The position numbers and the translations under genes are program-made. Below, piece by piece: positions 28,097 through 37,744 of a stretch of 56,873 nt of DNA. Numbering within the stretch: position 1 is the first letter of the stretch; each line of letters begins with the position of its first letter. A model generated the notes under the pieces. The model made no database searches. It was given only the letters and a program-made list of their open reading frames with translations, and had not been told where the DNA came from. Source of the stretch: a virus (lineage: Duplodnaviria > Caudoviricetes); IMG/VR virus record IMGVR_UViG_3300025809_000002, positions 1-56,873 of that record; one strand, 5' to 3'.

Positions 28097-28488
28097 TTTG
28101 TTATTCCAGTTTTCTTTTCATATGTACGCAAGCCACCTAAACCTAACATACCTAAGAGTACAGGCATCAGCGAACTCATATCAAACTGAGGAAGAGGTGG
28201 TATAGAAATTCCGGCAGCAGCGGTACCGAATATAAGAATGGGCTGGATAATAAAGTGATAAGCAAAAGCAATACCACAAACCCACCCAATGAAAGGTCGC
28301 CATCCTCCTTTGAACAAAGAACCACTAGCAGCTTCTGCTTTATTAACTTCAATCTGAGACATAGCCAGCTGTTGGGCATGCTTCTCAGACATCGTAGCAA
28401 TTTCGTGGGCAAGTGCATTCTTCTGGTCCTTGTCTTCAACGAACTTATCTAGCAGCCCTGAGACAGGACCAATCAAAGCTTGTAGCAT
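28093..28488 (-). CDS. Holin (GTA-type 3TM family)
   Basis: GWRPFIGWVCG and LGMLGLGGLRT.EK; adjacent to endolysin. Confidence 0.85.
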   Translation of the reverse strand: MLQALIGPVSGLLDKFVEDKDQKNALAHEIATMSEKHAQQLAMSQIEVNKAEAASGSLFKGGWRPFIGWVCGIAFAYHFIIQPILIFGTAAAGISIPPLPQFDMSSLMPVLLGMLGLGGLRTYEKKTGITK

Positions 28489-28805
28489 TATTTGTCTTTC
28501 TTAGCTTGGTAAGCAGAAGCTCCAAAAAAGCTCGCTAAAATCAGGCTAGTGCTAGGGAAATAGATTGTTGCCATAGCACCTAAAATATCTGATGCTTTAT
28601 CCAGCGCCAGCAAACTAGAGGCAACAACAAACAAAGGGTAGCTAAGCATACCTGCCAACACCCACCACACCATCCTGCGTTGTTGGTCTCGCTGAGCATC
28701 GGCATCTTCAATCTCTAAACGCTTTCTCTTTAGCTCCAGCTGAAACTCATCAGGTGTTAACACACCGTCCCCGTTGATGTCGGCTTGTTTAAATTCATCT
28801 GTCAT
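28488..28805 (-). CDS. EF-hand-like, two-TM membrane protein
   Basis: DINGDGVLTPDEF plus two hydrophobic helices. Confidence 0.7.
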   Translation of the reverse strand: MTDEFKQADINGDGVLTPDEFQLELKRKRLEIEDADAQRDQQRRMVWWVLAGMLSYPLFVVASSLLALDKASDILGAMATIYFPSTSLILASFFGASAYQAKKDK

Positions 28806-29245
28806 ACTTGGCCTTTCGTTACAATAAGCCAGATAATTCCAGCTACAATGACTAGCCCTGTCACAACAGCAGCTACAATTAAAACCCCATTAATCCAAGC
28901 CCACAGTTTCTCTTTACGTTTTATCTGGGCTAAGACAATCTCTCTAGCCTCAGCCTCTCGTTTACGTTTGGCCTCAGCTTGAAACTTTAACCAATCATCC
29001 CACAGACCTGCTCGGCCTTGGTAGATGAATAACTCTTGGATAGCCGCCTCATGTTGTTTAATCTGTTCAAGAGCAAAGAAAGCCTCTGAGTCTGACCCAG
29101 ACTTATTAGCCTTCTTTGCTAACTCTGACTTAGAATCAAAGAACTTAAAGATGTGCTGACCAGCTGCCATGATGTCCCCACCGTTGGCTATGGTTTCTTT
29201 AATCACACCAAAGGCAGCATTGGCTATTGCCAGTTCAGCAAGCAT
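28802..29245 (-). CDS. Membrane-anchored hypothetical protein
   Basis: Coiled coil plus a C-terminal TM helix. Confidence 0.7.
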   Translation of the reverse strand: MLAELAIANAAFGVIKETIANGGDIMAAGQHIFKFFDSKSELAKKANKSGSDSEAFFALEQIKQHEAAIQELFIYQGRAGLWDDWLKFQAEAKRKREAEAREIVLAQIKRKEKLWAWINGVLIVAAVVTGLVIVAGIIWLIVTKGQV

Positions 29246-29448
29246 TATCTATTCCATGTTGTTACAAACCAAGCAACAAATCCAGAGACAGCAGAGGCCA
29301 TAGCCATTCCCATCCAGAAGCCACCCTTGCTTTTGTTAGCTAAAGCTAGAAGTTCTTTAATATCGCTCTCCATGCTTTCTACTTTGCAGGTTAAATTTTC
29401 AACCTGTGCTGTTAGTTTTCCATACTCTACGGGGTCAATGCTTGTCAT
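29245..29448 (-). CDS. Small coiled-coil/TM protein (lysis cluster)
   Basis: IDPVEYG.L..V..L and C-terminal TM. Confidence 0.7.
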   Translation of the reverse strand: MTSIDPVEYGKLTAQVENLTCKVESMESDIKELLALANKSKGGFWMGMAMASAVSGFVAWFVTTWNR

Positions 29449-29451
29449 TTA

Positions 29452-29964
29452 TTACTCCGGCTTCTCAGGCCATGTGATGTCATTAGGAAAACCCGCCTGT
29501 GCGCTTACGTCACGCAAGGCTTGTCGGTAGGTTGCCCACTCTGTTGACACCGTTGTGCCGCCCTCAAAGGCTTTGATAGCCATCCAGTCGCATGAGGCGA
29601 TTAAACCGTCACGGGTAGCACGGGCGGCAGTAGCGGCCTCTGCATCCTTACGGGCTGTGTACGCTTCTTCTTGCTCTGCCTTGGTGTGAGCCGTACCATC
29701 TTCGTCAGTGTAATCAGAGAACATATCACGTTCAACATACGCCTGCACCCAGTTACCATTGGCATCCTGAGTAACACCATTGCGACTGACCACCTTGTAC
29801 TCACCTGAAGCCGCTGGAGCAGGAGCCGCCAGCACTGGGTCAATTCCTAAGAATTCACAGATGTCAGCAGTCCATACCCGAGGCAGAGATGTGTTAGGCA
29901 TTGAGCGGCGAATCTCGCCTTGTGTGTTTACTGCACCAGTGGTGCGATTACGATATTCAGACAT
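29452..29964 (-). CDS. Tail fibre assembly chaperone-like protein
   Basis: R..RD.L...DW, W..YRQALRD and FP..I.WP motifs. Confidence 0.8.
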   Translation of the reverse strand: MSEYRNRTTGAVNTQGEIRRSMPNTSLPRVWTADICEFLGIDPVLAAPAPAASGEYKVVSRNGVTQDANGNWVQAYVERDMFSDYTDEDGTAHTKAEQEEAYTARKDAEAATAARATRDGLIASCDWMAIKAFEGGTTVSTEWATYRQALRDVSAQAGFPNDITWPEKPE

Positions 29965-29994
29965 GATATTGATCCTTTAAAAGTCTGTTGAGGG

Positions 29995-31926
29995 TTAGGC
30001 AATTGCCAAGAAGATGTACGTGTCGTTATTTACGTTTGTGTCTACGTCACTTCCCGAAATAAAATTAACGGTAAAGCCGCTTGCGGCGGCGTCAAGTCGG
30101 TCTGTGTTTGTAACTTCAGCATCTGTATTGTTTAGCTGTAAATACGGGTCGTTCCCTGCAACAATACCCCTAGTTGTATCAAACACAAGCCAACTGCCGC
30201 TGTTACTAGATCGTTTCACCAGCACAAATCTAGCGCCGTTACTAAACCCACAGTCAATAGTCTGAGTTGTTCCGTTACCAACATAACTGCCCACCTTACT
30301 TACGCCCGGGCAGGATGCGAAGAGATAGGCTACGCTTGCTCCGTTATTTGCAACCCATCCACCAGTAAATGTTTGGAATGTCGTAGAAGTTGCTGAAAAG
30401 TAAGTACTTGCCGTAGGAGTTAGCGCAAACGTGGAGTCCAATATCCCATATGTTTTTGTGGGCTGAGACAGCGCAGAGCAATAAACATACCAACTAAAAG
30501 TTCCTGTTCTGCTTTTTAAAATTACAAGCTCAGGAGACACGCCTAGGTTATGTGTGAACGACAAATTGCCAGAAGAATCTCCGTTAGGGCAAACCACATC
30601 AAAGAAGCCGGGGGCACGGCGGAACATCCAAGAGTAGCGATAAGCGGCTATTTGTGTATTATTTCTCCAGCCATCCTGAAAGTCAAAAGTAAAACCTGTA
30701 TTTCCTGTTTCTGCTTGTGTAAGCTCCAAAGCCATCCAAGCTTTACTGGTTAAACGTGAAGATACAAAACCACTAGACCCGTCTGTTTGTTTATAAAATG
30801 CCATATCTACTGGAAAACCAGAGTTAAATGCAGGTGGTGTCGGCGCTGTTGCCCCACTTGTATCCATAGCGAACACCTCAGTCCCAGACTCAGGAGTCTT
30901 CATCGGCCCACGGCGGATGGCGATGTAGATGTAGGTGTCCCCGTTAGGGTAGTCAGCATCATTAAAGCCAGCACCTGTTAACTTAAACCCTGTGGGTGTT
31001 AATTCAAACTGACCACCTAAAGAAAACGGACCTTCAGCCTCACTACTGTTAGGCTTTAAATAATAATCACTACCACCACTTACAATGCCACGCATATTGT
31101 CAACTATAATCCAGTTAGAGGTGGCATCTGCGCTTTTTACAAGAATCCACTGAGGCTCAAACCCTAGGTCTACCTCTCTTTCGTCCGGATAGTTAGACGT
31201 ATAACTCCCACAGCTAATAACATTCTGCTCGCCATCGTCGCCAAAGCCCCCTGCATCGTGGGCGAATAGGTAGGCAACATAAGTGCCACCTGTACTATTT
31301 ACTCCAGTGCTTATAACTGTAAAAGTAGAATCATCCACCGCTGTAATATTTGATCCAACAGTAGCCGCACCTGTATCAAATAAAAGGCGGCTCCCTGTAA
31401 TCCCACCAGAAAGACCATTGTGGAAAATCGTCCAAACAGAAGAAGCATTTGTTCTTTTAATAATAATACATCCGGGTACACTTCCAAGTGAATGTGGAAT
31501 TTCCCGACCACTAACACCATCACCCGTCCACGTCACCACATCAAAGAACTTTGGAGCCTTGCGGAATGTCCATGAGGCGTATGTCTCTGGGCTATGATTT
31601 ACATACCAAAAAGAATCAGAACCAAGAGAATACCCATTAGAATTAAATGACGTAATCATATCGGTAGTGTTATTAAAACCACCTGTTTCGTCACTTTTCA
31701 AAAACTTAGTATTTCCATTTACCGTATCAAATAGCGCATGGTTATATCCAGAAGCGCTTCTTACTTTTGTCCAAACCAACCCACCCTCACCCGCCAGATC
31801 AATCCCGTTGGTGATGGTCTGCGTAGAGCTGTTGCCTGCGTAGAGGTAGGTGCTGAACACATCTTCAACATATTCACCCCCGCCACCAACACCAGCGGCG
31901 GCTTGAACTACGTCACGTACTGCCAT
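29995..31926 (-). CDS. Tail fibre / receptor-binding protein with repeated beta domains
   Basis: Repeats AP.FFDVV...H.LG..P and GSY...D.GF...VK; ATG 31926 in TAATG overlap. Confidence 0.8.
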   Translation of the reverse strand: MAVRDVVQAAAGVGGGGEYVEDVFSTYLYAGNSSTQTITNGIDLAGEGGLVWTKVRSASGYNHALFDTVNGNTKFLKSDETGGFNNTTDMITSFNSNGYSLGSDSFWYVNHSPETYASWTFRKAPKFFDVVTWTGDGVSGREIPHSLGSVPGCIIIKRTNASSVWTIFHNGLSGGITGSRLLFDTGAATVGSNITAVDDSTFTVISTGVNSTGGTYVAYLFAHDAGGFGDDGEQNVISCGSYTSNYPDEREVDLGFEPQWILVKSADATSNWIIVDNMRGIVSGGSDYYLKPNSSEAEGPFSLGGQFELTPTGFKLTGAGFNDADYPNGDTYIYIAIRRGPMKTPESGTEVFAMDTSGATAPTPPAFNSGFPVDMAFYKQTDGSSGFVSSRLTSKAWMALELTQAETGNTGFTFDFQDGWRNNTQIAAYRYSWMFRRAPGFFDVVCPNGDSSGNLSFTHNLGVSPELVILKSRTGTFSWYVYCSALSQPTKTYGILDSTFALTPTASTYFSATSTTFQTFTGGWVANNGASVAYLFASCPGVSKVGSYVGNGTTQTIDCGFSNGARFVLVKRSSNSGSWLVFDTTRGIVAGNDPYLQLNNTDAEVTNTDRLDAAASGFTVNFISGSDVDTNVNNDTYIFLAIA

Positions 31927-32513
31927 TACGCCATCCCCAATCCGAGGACAAAGCCTCTCCAAGTTGTGCCACCGTCTGAGGTGAAGAATGCCAGTGTGTC
32001 AACACCAGCGGCTGTCAGTGTGGGAGCCGTTGCCGCCGCCCAAGTTACACCTGAGAAGAACGTTAAAGCCGCAGAGCCACCGTTGGTCACCTCAAGCACA
32101 AATGCGCTTACAGAGCCACTAGAAGCCACGTTGCTGACCGTTAGTGTTTGAGCGCCTGACAAAGTGTAGGTGAAGTAGTTGCCAGCAGACAGATCAATGT
32201 CGTGAGCGCCCATTGCCACCTTGGTCTCAACAACACCAGTGATGGTTTTACCGGACAACACTTGCGTATCAGTTGTACCTACAACAGCTCCACTAGGGAA
32301 TGTAGGAAGTGTTGGTGTGCCGCTCACATCAGCATATGCACCTGTAGTTGCCACTGTTGCCAGCGTTGGTGTGCCGCTCACATCAGCATATGCACCTGTA
32401 GTTGCCACTGTTGCCAGTGTTGGTGTGCCGCTCACTTCTGCATAGGCCACAGTACCGTCTGCCAATACGTTACCAGTTGATACTGTCGTTGCTAATGTTT
32501 GTGCTTTACTCAT
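31926..32513 (-). CDS. Tail fibre connector protein
   Basis: 18-aa internal repeats; C-terminal P.LT..GVD...F...DGGTTW domain. Confidence 0.7.
   Translation of the reverse strand: MSKAQTLATTVSTGNVLADGTVAYAEVSGTPTLATVATTGAYADVSGTPTLATVATTGAYADVSGTPTLPTFPSGAVVGTTDTQVLSGKTITGVVETKVAMGAHDIDLSAGNYFTYTLSGAQTLTVSNVASSGSVSAFVLEVTNGGSAALTFFSGVTWAAATAPTLTAAGVDTLAFFTSDGGTTWRGFVLGLGMA
32311..32448. repeat. 54-bp in-frame tandem repeat (~2.5 copies; AYADVSGTPTLATVATTG)
   Basis: GTTGGTGTGCCGCTCAC at 32311, 32365 and 32419. Confidence 0.9.
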
Positions 32514-32529
32514 TTGTTATTTCTCCGTC

Positions 32530-32862
32530 TTATGTATTCAGAGCATCAAGGCGATCCCACACCCAAGTAGCGGCAGCGGCTGGGTCAAAAGGGACAGGGT
32601 CAGCATCAGGGGTTTCACCGGGCGTTGTCCAGTCAGCACCCACAGCCGTCAGATACGTCTGTAAATCAGCCTTAGTTGCAACGTGTTCTGCGTCACCAAT
32701 CTCATCATTCTCAGAGATGCCAATCAGCACCCAGTCACGGGGGCTTGGTGTTGTCAGGTCTTCAACTGCGTATGCGCCACCAACACTGCCCTCATGGAAA
32801 CAGAGAAACGTTGGGATTGTGCCTTCAGCAGTGAGGCGGTACTTAATGCATTTATGTGTCAT
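32530..32862 (-). CDS. Hypothetical protein in tail fibre cluster
   Basis: AAGGA RBS; operon position. Confidence 0.7.
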   Translation of the reverse strand: MTHKCIKYRLTAEGTIPTFLCFHEGSVGGAYAVEDLTTPSPRDWVLIGISENDEIGDAEHVATKADLQTYLTAVGADWTTPGETPDADPVPFDPAAAATWVWDRLDALNT

Positions 32863-32863
32863 G

Positions 32864-33685
32864 TTATGTTTCCTTATATTCTAAACGGTTGGTCAGGCTG
32901 GTTTCGTCATACACCATGAAGCCACGGCGTGAAGCAAATGTCTCTGGGTCTTTAGCCCACTTGTCTGCACAGGCTTCCAACCAGCGCATGGTCATCTCAT
33001 GTGTTGGAGCGTTGCCTTTAGAAATAATCTCGTTTTCCATATTGAGGTAGGCAAACACTTCAGCCTGCGCTTGTGCAGCGTTGATGCCCAAGTCAAACAA
33101 GTAGATGAGGTTGCCTTCGTCAATCATGCCGTTGCGACTACGGGCAGCGTTCAAGCCCTGCTTCATGCAAGTCATAATGTGGTAGCGAGATTCTTCTTGC
33201 TCGTAGTCTTCTTCTGTAATGGTTTCCTTACCAACCTTTTCAAGCAACTGCTTGTGCTGGTTTACCATAAAATTCATCTTTCGTAAAGCCCCATTTACGT
33301 GGTTCTGCGTTCCCTCTATGTGGCTGTTCAGTTCCAAGATCTCAATCTCTAACAGTTCACGGTCAAGGTCATCGGTGCAGGAAGCAATCTCACGCTCTTT
33401 TTTCTTGAGTTCGTTTTGCTTCTTACGCAGACCGATGTAGGCTTCTTGCAGGGCAGAGCGTGTCTTGTCAATCTCAGCAAGCGTGTGCTTGATAGAGCGA
33501 ATAGGCGTGATGGCTGTAACGTCCAATGTCACAGACATAAATTGGCTGTGGGACTTGTGGAAGTTGCTGGTGTCTTTCTCCACCATCGGCATCCGGTCTT
33601 GGATGTTCTTTAACATCACGCCGTACTCTGGCTTTTTAATCGCCAGTGCGGTGTTCATGTTGCCTAGTATTAGATCGTTGCTCAA
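32864..33685 (-). CDS. Coiled-coil protein in tail fibre cluster
   Basis: AGGAG RBS, TTG start, heptad region. Confidence 0.75.
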   Translation of the reverse strand: MSNDLILGNMNTALAIKKPEYGVMLKNIQDRMPMVEKDTSNFHKSHSQFMSVTLDVTAITPIRSIKHTLAEIDKTRSALQEAYIGLRKKQNELKKKEREIASCTDDLDRELLEIEILELNSHIEGTQNHVNGALRKMNFMVNQHKQLLEKVGKETITEEDYEQEESRYHIMTCMKQGLNAARSRNGMIDEGNLIYLFDLGINAAQAQAEVFAYLNMENEIISKGNAPTHEMTMRWLEACADKWAKDPETFASRRGFMVYDETSLTNRLEYKET

Positions 33686-33709
33686 AAGATTCTCCTGTTT
33701 AAAATTTTG

Positions 33710-34738
33710 TTATAACCCGCCGTGTCCGTTTGAACAGGCGGCTAAATAACTGCGGCTCAGTGTTAAATCACCGAAATCCGTAGCGTTTCCTGCGGAGGAT
33801 ATGGTTACATAACTTGTTGTGTTAGTGAAGTCACCGGGATAACCACCTCCAAAAACTCCACGAATACTAGAAGAACACGCCGCTAATCCAGATGTTGCGG
33901 CTGTTAAGTCCCCAAAATCAGAGGCGTTGCCAGTTGAGGCAATGGTTACGTAATCAATTACATTTGAGTTTGAAGCCCCGGTAGTGCCGCCTCCAAACAA
34001 TCCACGAGTGCCGGAAGAACAGCTTGATCCGTAGTATCTAGCAACAGTAAGATCGCCAAAATCTGTGGCGTTCCCTGTAGTGGAAATCGTAATGTACTGA
34101 ATTACATTAGGTGTATCGCTGCTTCCAGCAAATAAGCCTCGTGTTGTTGAGGCGCACCCAAAAAGCCCCCTGATGGCAGCAAGCAAATCCCCAAAGTCTA
34201 AAGCGTTGCCTGTTGTTGCAATTGTTACGTAGTCAATAATATTGACATTACCCCCTGAGCCTTCACCACCTCCAAACAATCCACGAGTGCCAGATGAGCA
34301 AGCTGTTAACTCTGCACGGGCAAGTGTAAGATCACCAAAATCCAATGCACTGCCAAAGCTGGCTATAGTTACATAATCTATGACATTGAATATTGTTGCC
34401 CCAGCGTAACCACCACCAAACAATCCACGAGTGCCAGATGAGCAAGCTGAAAGAGCTTGCCTAGCTGCGGTCAAGTCCCCAAAATCAGAGGCGTTTCCTG
34501 TTGACATAATTGACACGTAATCAATCACGTTTACGTTTCCGGAGCTTGATCCCCCACCCCCGAAAATTCCACGATTTGCTGGATCAACATTCCCAGCAAC
34601 GGGCCACAGCCCCTGCTTCTGCCAATAGGCCACCTGATCCAGCGTCCACACACCTGATGCAGTGCCGTCTTGAAATGGGCCTGCTGGTACTACAGGGGTG
34701 TCGCTAACAACAGCACCGGGCCATTTTTTGATACTCAT
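33710..34738 (-). CDS. Kelch-like beta-propeller receptor-binding protein
   Basis: About six ~47-aa repeats RGLFGGG..N.IDYVTIA.TGNA.DFGDLT.AR. Confidence 0.75.
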   Translation of the reverse strand: MSIKKWPGAVVSDTPVVPAGPFQDGTASGVWTLDQVAYWQKQGLWPVAGNVDPANRGIFGGGGSSSGNVNVIDYVSIMSTGNASDFGDLTAARQALSACSSGTRGLFGGGYAGATIFNVIDYVTIASFGSALDFGDLTLARAELTACSSGTRGLFGGGEGSGGNVNIIDYVTIATTGNALDFGDLLAAIRGLFGCASTTRGLFAGSSDTPNVIQYITISTTGNATDFGDLTVARYYGSSCSSGTRGLFGGGTTGASNSNVIDYVTIASTGNASDFGDLTAATSGLAACSSSIRGVFGGGYPGDFTNTTSYVTISSAGNATDFGDLTLSRSYLAACSNGHGGL

Positions 34739-35952
34739 TGAAGTCCTCCGTGGGCAGATGAGCAAGCTGCTGATGCGTTTGTTGCTGTAGACAAGTCGCC
34801 AAAGTCACTGGCTGTTCCGCCAGAAGGAAAGCCTAGGTATTCTATTGTGTTTAAACTAATACTGCTGGAATTTCGTCCGTGTCCAAACAACCCTCTTGTA
34901 TTAGAAGAAGCACAAGCAACATTTTCCCTAGCTGCCGTTAAATTACCAAAACTGGTAGAATTTCCCGTCGTTGCGATAGTAATTTGTTCTATTGATGACG
35001 TAATGCTGGGATTGGTTCCGCCTACAAATATTCCAACCGTAGAAGAAGAACAACTCCCGTGATTGCTACGAGCCGCAGAAAGATCGCCAAAGTCTATTGC
35101 GTTTCCAGTTGAAGCGATTGTGGCGTAATCAATTACATTAGTCCTTGCCCCACTCTCGCCACCAGCCCAGACGGCTCTAGTAGGTGAAGCACACCCAGCA
35201 AAGGCACTGCGTGTAATCGTCATATCGCCGTAATCAATTGCGTTTCCAGTTGAAGCAATTGTGACATAGCTAATATTATTTACAGTGCTGCCACCAGAAA
35301 TTAAACCTCTTGTTGCGTTTGATGATCCAACTGTGTATGTCCCTGTGTATAACATATCACCAAAGTCAGTAGCGTTACCAGAAGATGCAAAGGTCACATA
35401 CTGAATTACGTTTGTATTAACAAATCCTTGTGTTCTTCCACAAGCGAAAACGCCTCTGTAAGATGAGGCAAAAGACGACATACTTGCGGTTGGGTTTAGT
35501 AAATCACCAAAGTCGGTGGAGTTTCCTAATGTGCTAATAATTACTTGGTCAATAACATTAGAAAAATTAGTTGTGTTGCTATCATATGACCCGCCCCACA
35601 AGGCAATTGCCGCAGCAGGACTCACACTCCCACTTGTACCCGCAGGGCCATACTGAACACCGTTGGTTGCTTGCACCCCAAACGTGTAGGCTGTCCCGTT
35701 GGTTAACCCAGTTACAGTCAATGGAGATGATGCACCAGTAGCAGTAAAGCCACCCGGCGTTGATGTGGCAAGGTAGCCTGTAACGCCAGCAGGTATGCCG
35801 GTAAATGTAGGCTGAGTAAACGTCACCGTTGCCTGTGTATCTCCAGCAGTAGCACTTACATTAGTCGGCGCTCCGGGAGATTGAGGCCACTGTAAACTAG
35901 CCTTGGCCTGCATCTGGGCAGGGAGATTCCATACACCTGAATAGCTTGGCAT
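34735..35952 (-). CDS. FN3-like plus Kelch-like propeller receptor-binding protein
   Basis: P.APT.VSA...VTGLTNGTAYTF.V.A.N domain followed by DFGDL repeats. Confidence 0.75.
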   Translation of the reverse strand: MPSYSGVWNLPAQMQAKASLQWPQSPGAPTNVSATAGDTQATVTFTQPTFTGIPAGVTGYLATSTPGGFTATGASSPLTVTGLTNGTAYTFGVQATNGVQYGPAGTSGSVSPAAAIALWGGSYDSNTTNFSNVIDQVIISTLGNSTDFGDLLNPTASMSSFASSYRGVFACGRTQGFVNTNVIQYVTFASSGNATDFGDMLYTGTYTVGSSNATRGLISGGSTVNNISYVTIASTGNAIDYGDMTITRSAFAGCASPTRAVWAGGESGARTNVIDYATIASTGNAIDFGDLSAARSNHGSCSSSTVGIFVGGTNPSITSSIEQITIATTGNSTSFGNLTAARENVACASSNTRGLFGHGRNSSSISLNTIEYLGFPSGGTASDFGDLSTATNASAACSSAHGGLQ

Positions 35953-36359
35953 TAGATCACCTCAATCCATGATGTTGTGTCTTCGTCCCAGCGGTAGATT
36001 TTTTCATCGGCGGGGTAGGGCGTCGGGGCTTTAAAGGAGCAGATCGTTTCATCAAACACCCAAGAGGCGAAACCTGATTCTGCCCAGTCCGCCTTAACGG
36101 CGTCTTGCTTGGCGGCTATTTCTTCCGCAGTCATTGAACGAACATGATGCACGTCAGTTACTACGCTACCTTGCCATTCGTATGTAACACCCTCATAGAC
36201 TTCGTAAACACCAGCAACAGGGGCTTCAATGCGCACGAACCGAGCAAACGATTCAGGCAAGTTGTCTGTATCAATGTTGGGGAAGGCCTGCTGAAAGTTA
36301 TCCCCAAAAATAGGATGCTCAAAGGGCTGACCATTGCGTATTTGAATAAACAGTTCCAT
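35952..36359 (-). CDS. Tail fibre assembly-like protein
   Basis: SW.FDE..C...AP.PYP.D...Y.WDE...W motif. Confidence 0.65.
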   Translation of the reverse strand: MELFIQIRNGQPFEHPIFGDNFQQAFPNIDTDNLPESFARFVRIEAPVAGVYEVYEGVTYEWQGSVVTDVHHVRSMTAEEIAAKQDAVKADWAESGFASWVFDETICSFKAPTPYPADEKIYRWDEDTTSWIEVI

Positions 36360-37339
36360 TAAAGATCACCTGTATTTGTTGATGGGAATTGGCGTGTGTC
36401 GCCGGGCCAAATGATGCGGACACCACCTACGCCGCCCACGCCGCCAGCTGGGTTTCCACCCGAACCGCCACCATGAACACCCCCGTTGGGTGTGGTTCCA
36501 CCTGTTGCTGAACTACCTAGACCAAGTAGGCCAACACCTCCACCACCAACATAAGGCCAACCGCCGCTGCTGCCACCACCGCCAGTGCTGGGGACGCTAC
36601 TGCCTCCCCAAACAGCCGAACCCCCGTCACCAGTGTAGCCACCAGCGCCGCCGCCGCTATATCCGGGGTTTCCTGATGCGCCACGGCCTCCAGAATACCC
36701 TGCGTCATACGTTCCACTTGGAACGCCGCCTGCAGCCGCTGCTGCACTCCTGCCTCCACCCGCAGTCATTGTGCCGAAACCTGCTGTAAATGTTGAATTT
36801 CCCCCATCGCTTCCTGACGCACCACCACCGGCGCTAATACCACTAGCGCCTACAACGACAGTGTATGAACTACCCGGCACAACGGTAATGTTGTTTTTAT
36901 ACGCTAAAGCGCCACCACCGCCTCCACCAGCCCCAGCTCCAACAGAGACGACCGATACTGTAGTAACCTCAGCAGGAGCAACCCATGAATAAGTGCCTGC
37001 TGTTGTGTATGCTTGCTGGCCTTGCGCTAACGGCGTCACGCTATTACTAGCCGCACTAAACGGCCCCGGCCCATAAGTATTCAGTGCCCACACCGTAAAT
37101 GTGTACGCCGTACCATTGGTCAATCCTGTAACGGATACAGGTGATGATGCCGTAATACCACCGGGGTTTGAGACAACGTAATACGCAGATACAGCAGAGC
37201 CACCCACATTAGATGGCGGCGTAAAGGACACGTCAGCCGATTGATCGCCACCAGACGCCGACACACCGGTAGGCGCATCAGGGTTTTTTAGCGGGTCAAA
37301 GCCGGGGCGTATAAAGCCAGATGGAGATCGCATACTCAT
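36359..37339 (-). CDS. FN3-like plus glycine-rich tail fibre protein
   Basis: FN3 motif; Gly-rich domain ending G.VRIIW. Confidence 0.75.
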   Translation of the reverse strand: MSMRSPSGFIRPGFDPLKNPDAPTGVSASGGDQSADVSFTPPSNVGGSAVSAYYVVSNPGGITASSPVSVTGLTNGTAYTFTVWALNTYGPGPFSAASNSVTPLAQGQQAYTTAGTYSWVAPAEVTTVSVVSVGAGAGGGGGGALAYKNNITVVPGSSYTVVVGASGISAGGGASGSDGGNSTFTAGFGTMTAGGGRSAAAAAGGVPSGTYDAGYSGGRGASGNPGYSGGGAGGYTGDGGSAVWGGSSVPSTGGGGSSGGWPYVGGGGVGLLGLGSSATGGTTPNGGVHGGGSGGNPAGGVGGVGGVRIIWPGDTRQFPSTNTGDL

Positions 37340-37351
37340 GTTGCGCTCCGG

Positions 37352-37732
37352 TTAGCTTGCACTAATTACTTCATAAGAGATCGTGTAACTAATCTTGCTT
37401 GCCGTGCCAGAAGTCACAACAATTGATTTGTCTTCTTCAAGATAGATTGAGGTTGTCTTATCAGCAACGATTAGCGAGGCATCAGACGGTACAGACACCG
37501 TTGACACAATGGCGTGGCTTGTGCCACTACCAGCCGCCGCTTCATTGATCGCCACAGTTACGTCAACAGCGTTAGTGCCGTCAATGTTTGCCGCCACGAT
37601 CTGATTGATCTTCAACACTGTGCCACTGGCTGCGGCGTTAGCCAGCAAGACGTTAGAAGCCGTGTCTGTTGGTGTTAGATATGCGGTCTTTCCGTAGATG
37701 CTGGTGACCGATACGATGTTTGGGTTTGCCAT
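37352..37732 (-). CDS. Small tail fibre adaptor-like beta protein
   Basis: MANPNIV...AN.DG...IYLEE...ISYE; follows the main fibre. Confidence 0.65.
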   Translation of the reverse strand: MANPNIVSVTSIYGKTAYLTPTDTASNVLLANAAASGTVLKINQIVAANIDGTNAVDVTVAINEAAAGSGTSHAIVSTVSVPSDASLIVADKTTSIYLEEDKSIVVTSGTASKISYTISYEVISAS

Positions 37733-37744
37733 TGTGTGTGTTCC

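Noticed and set aside
32311-32448. CRISPR-like array (also considered for 53432-53607)
   Set aside because: No unique spacers; these are a coding tandem repeat and a two-unit degenerate duplication
33710-35952. Diversity-generating retroelement in fibre repeats
   Set aside because: No reverse transcriptase; the repeats are in-frame protein repeats with no non-coding template copy
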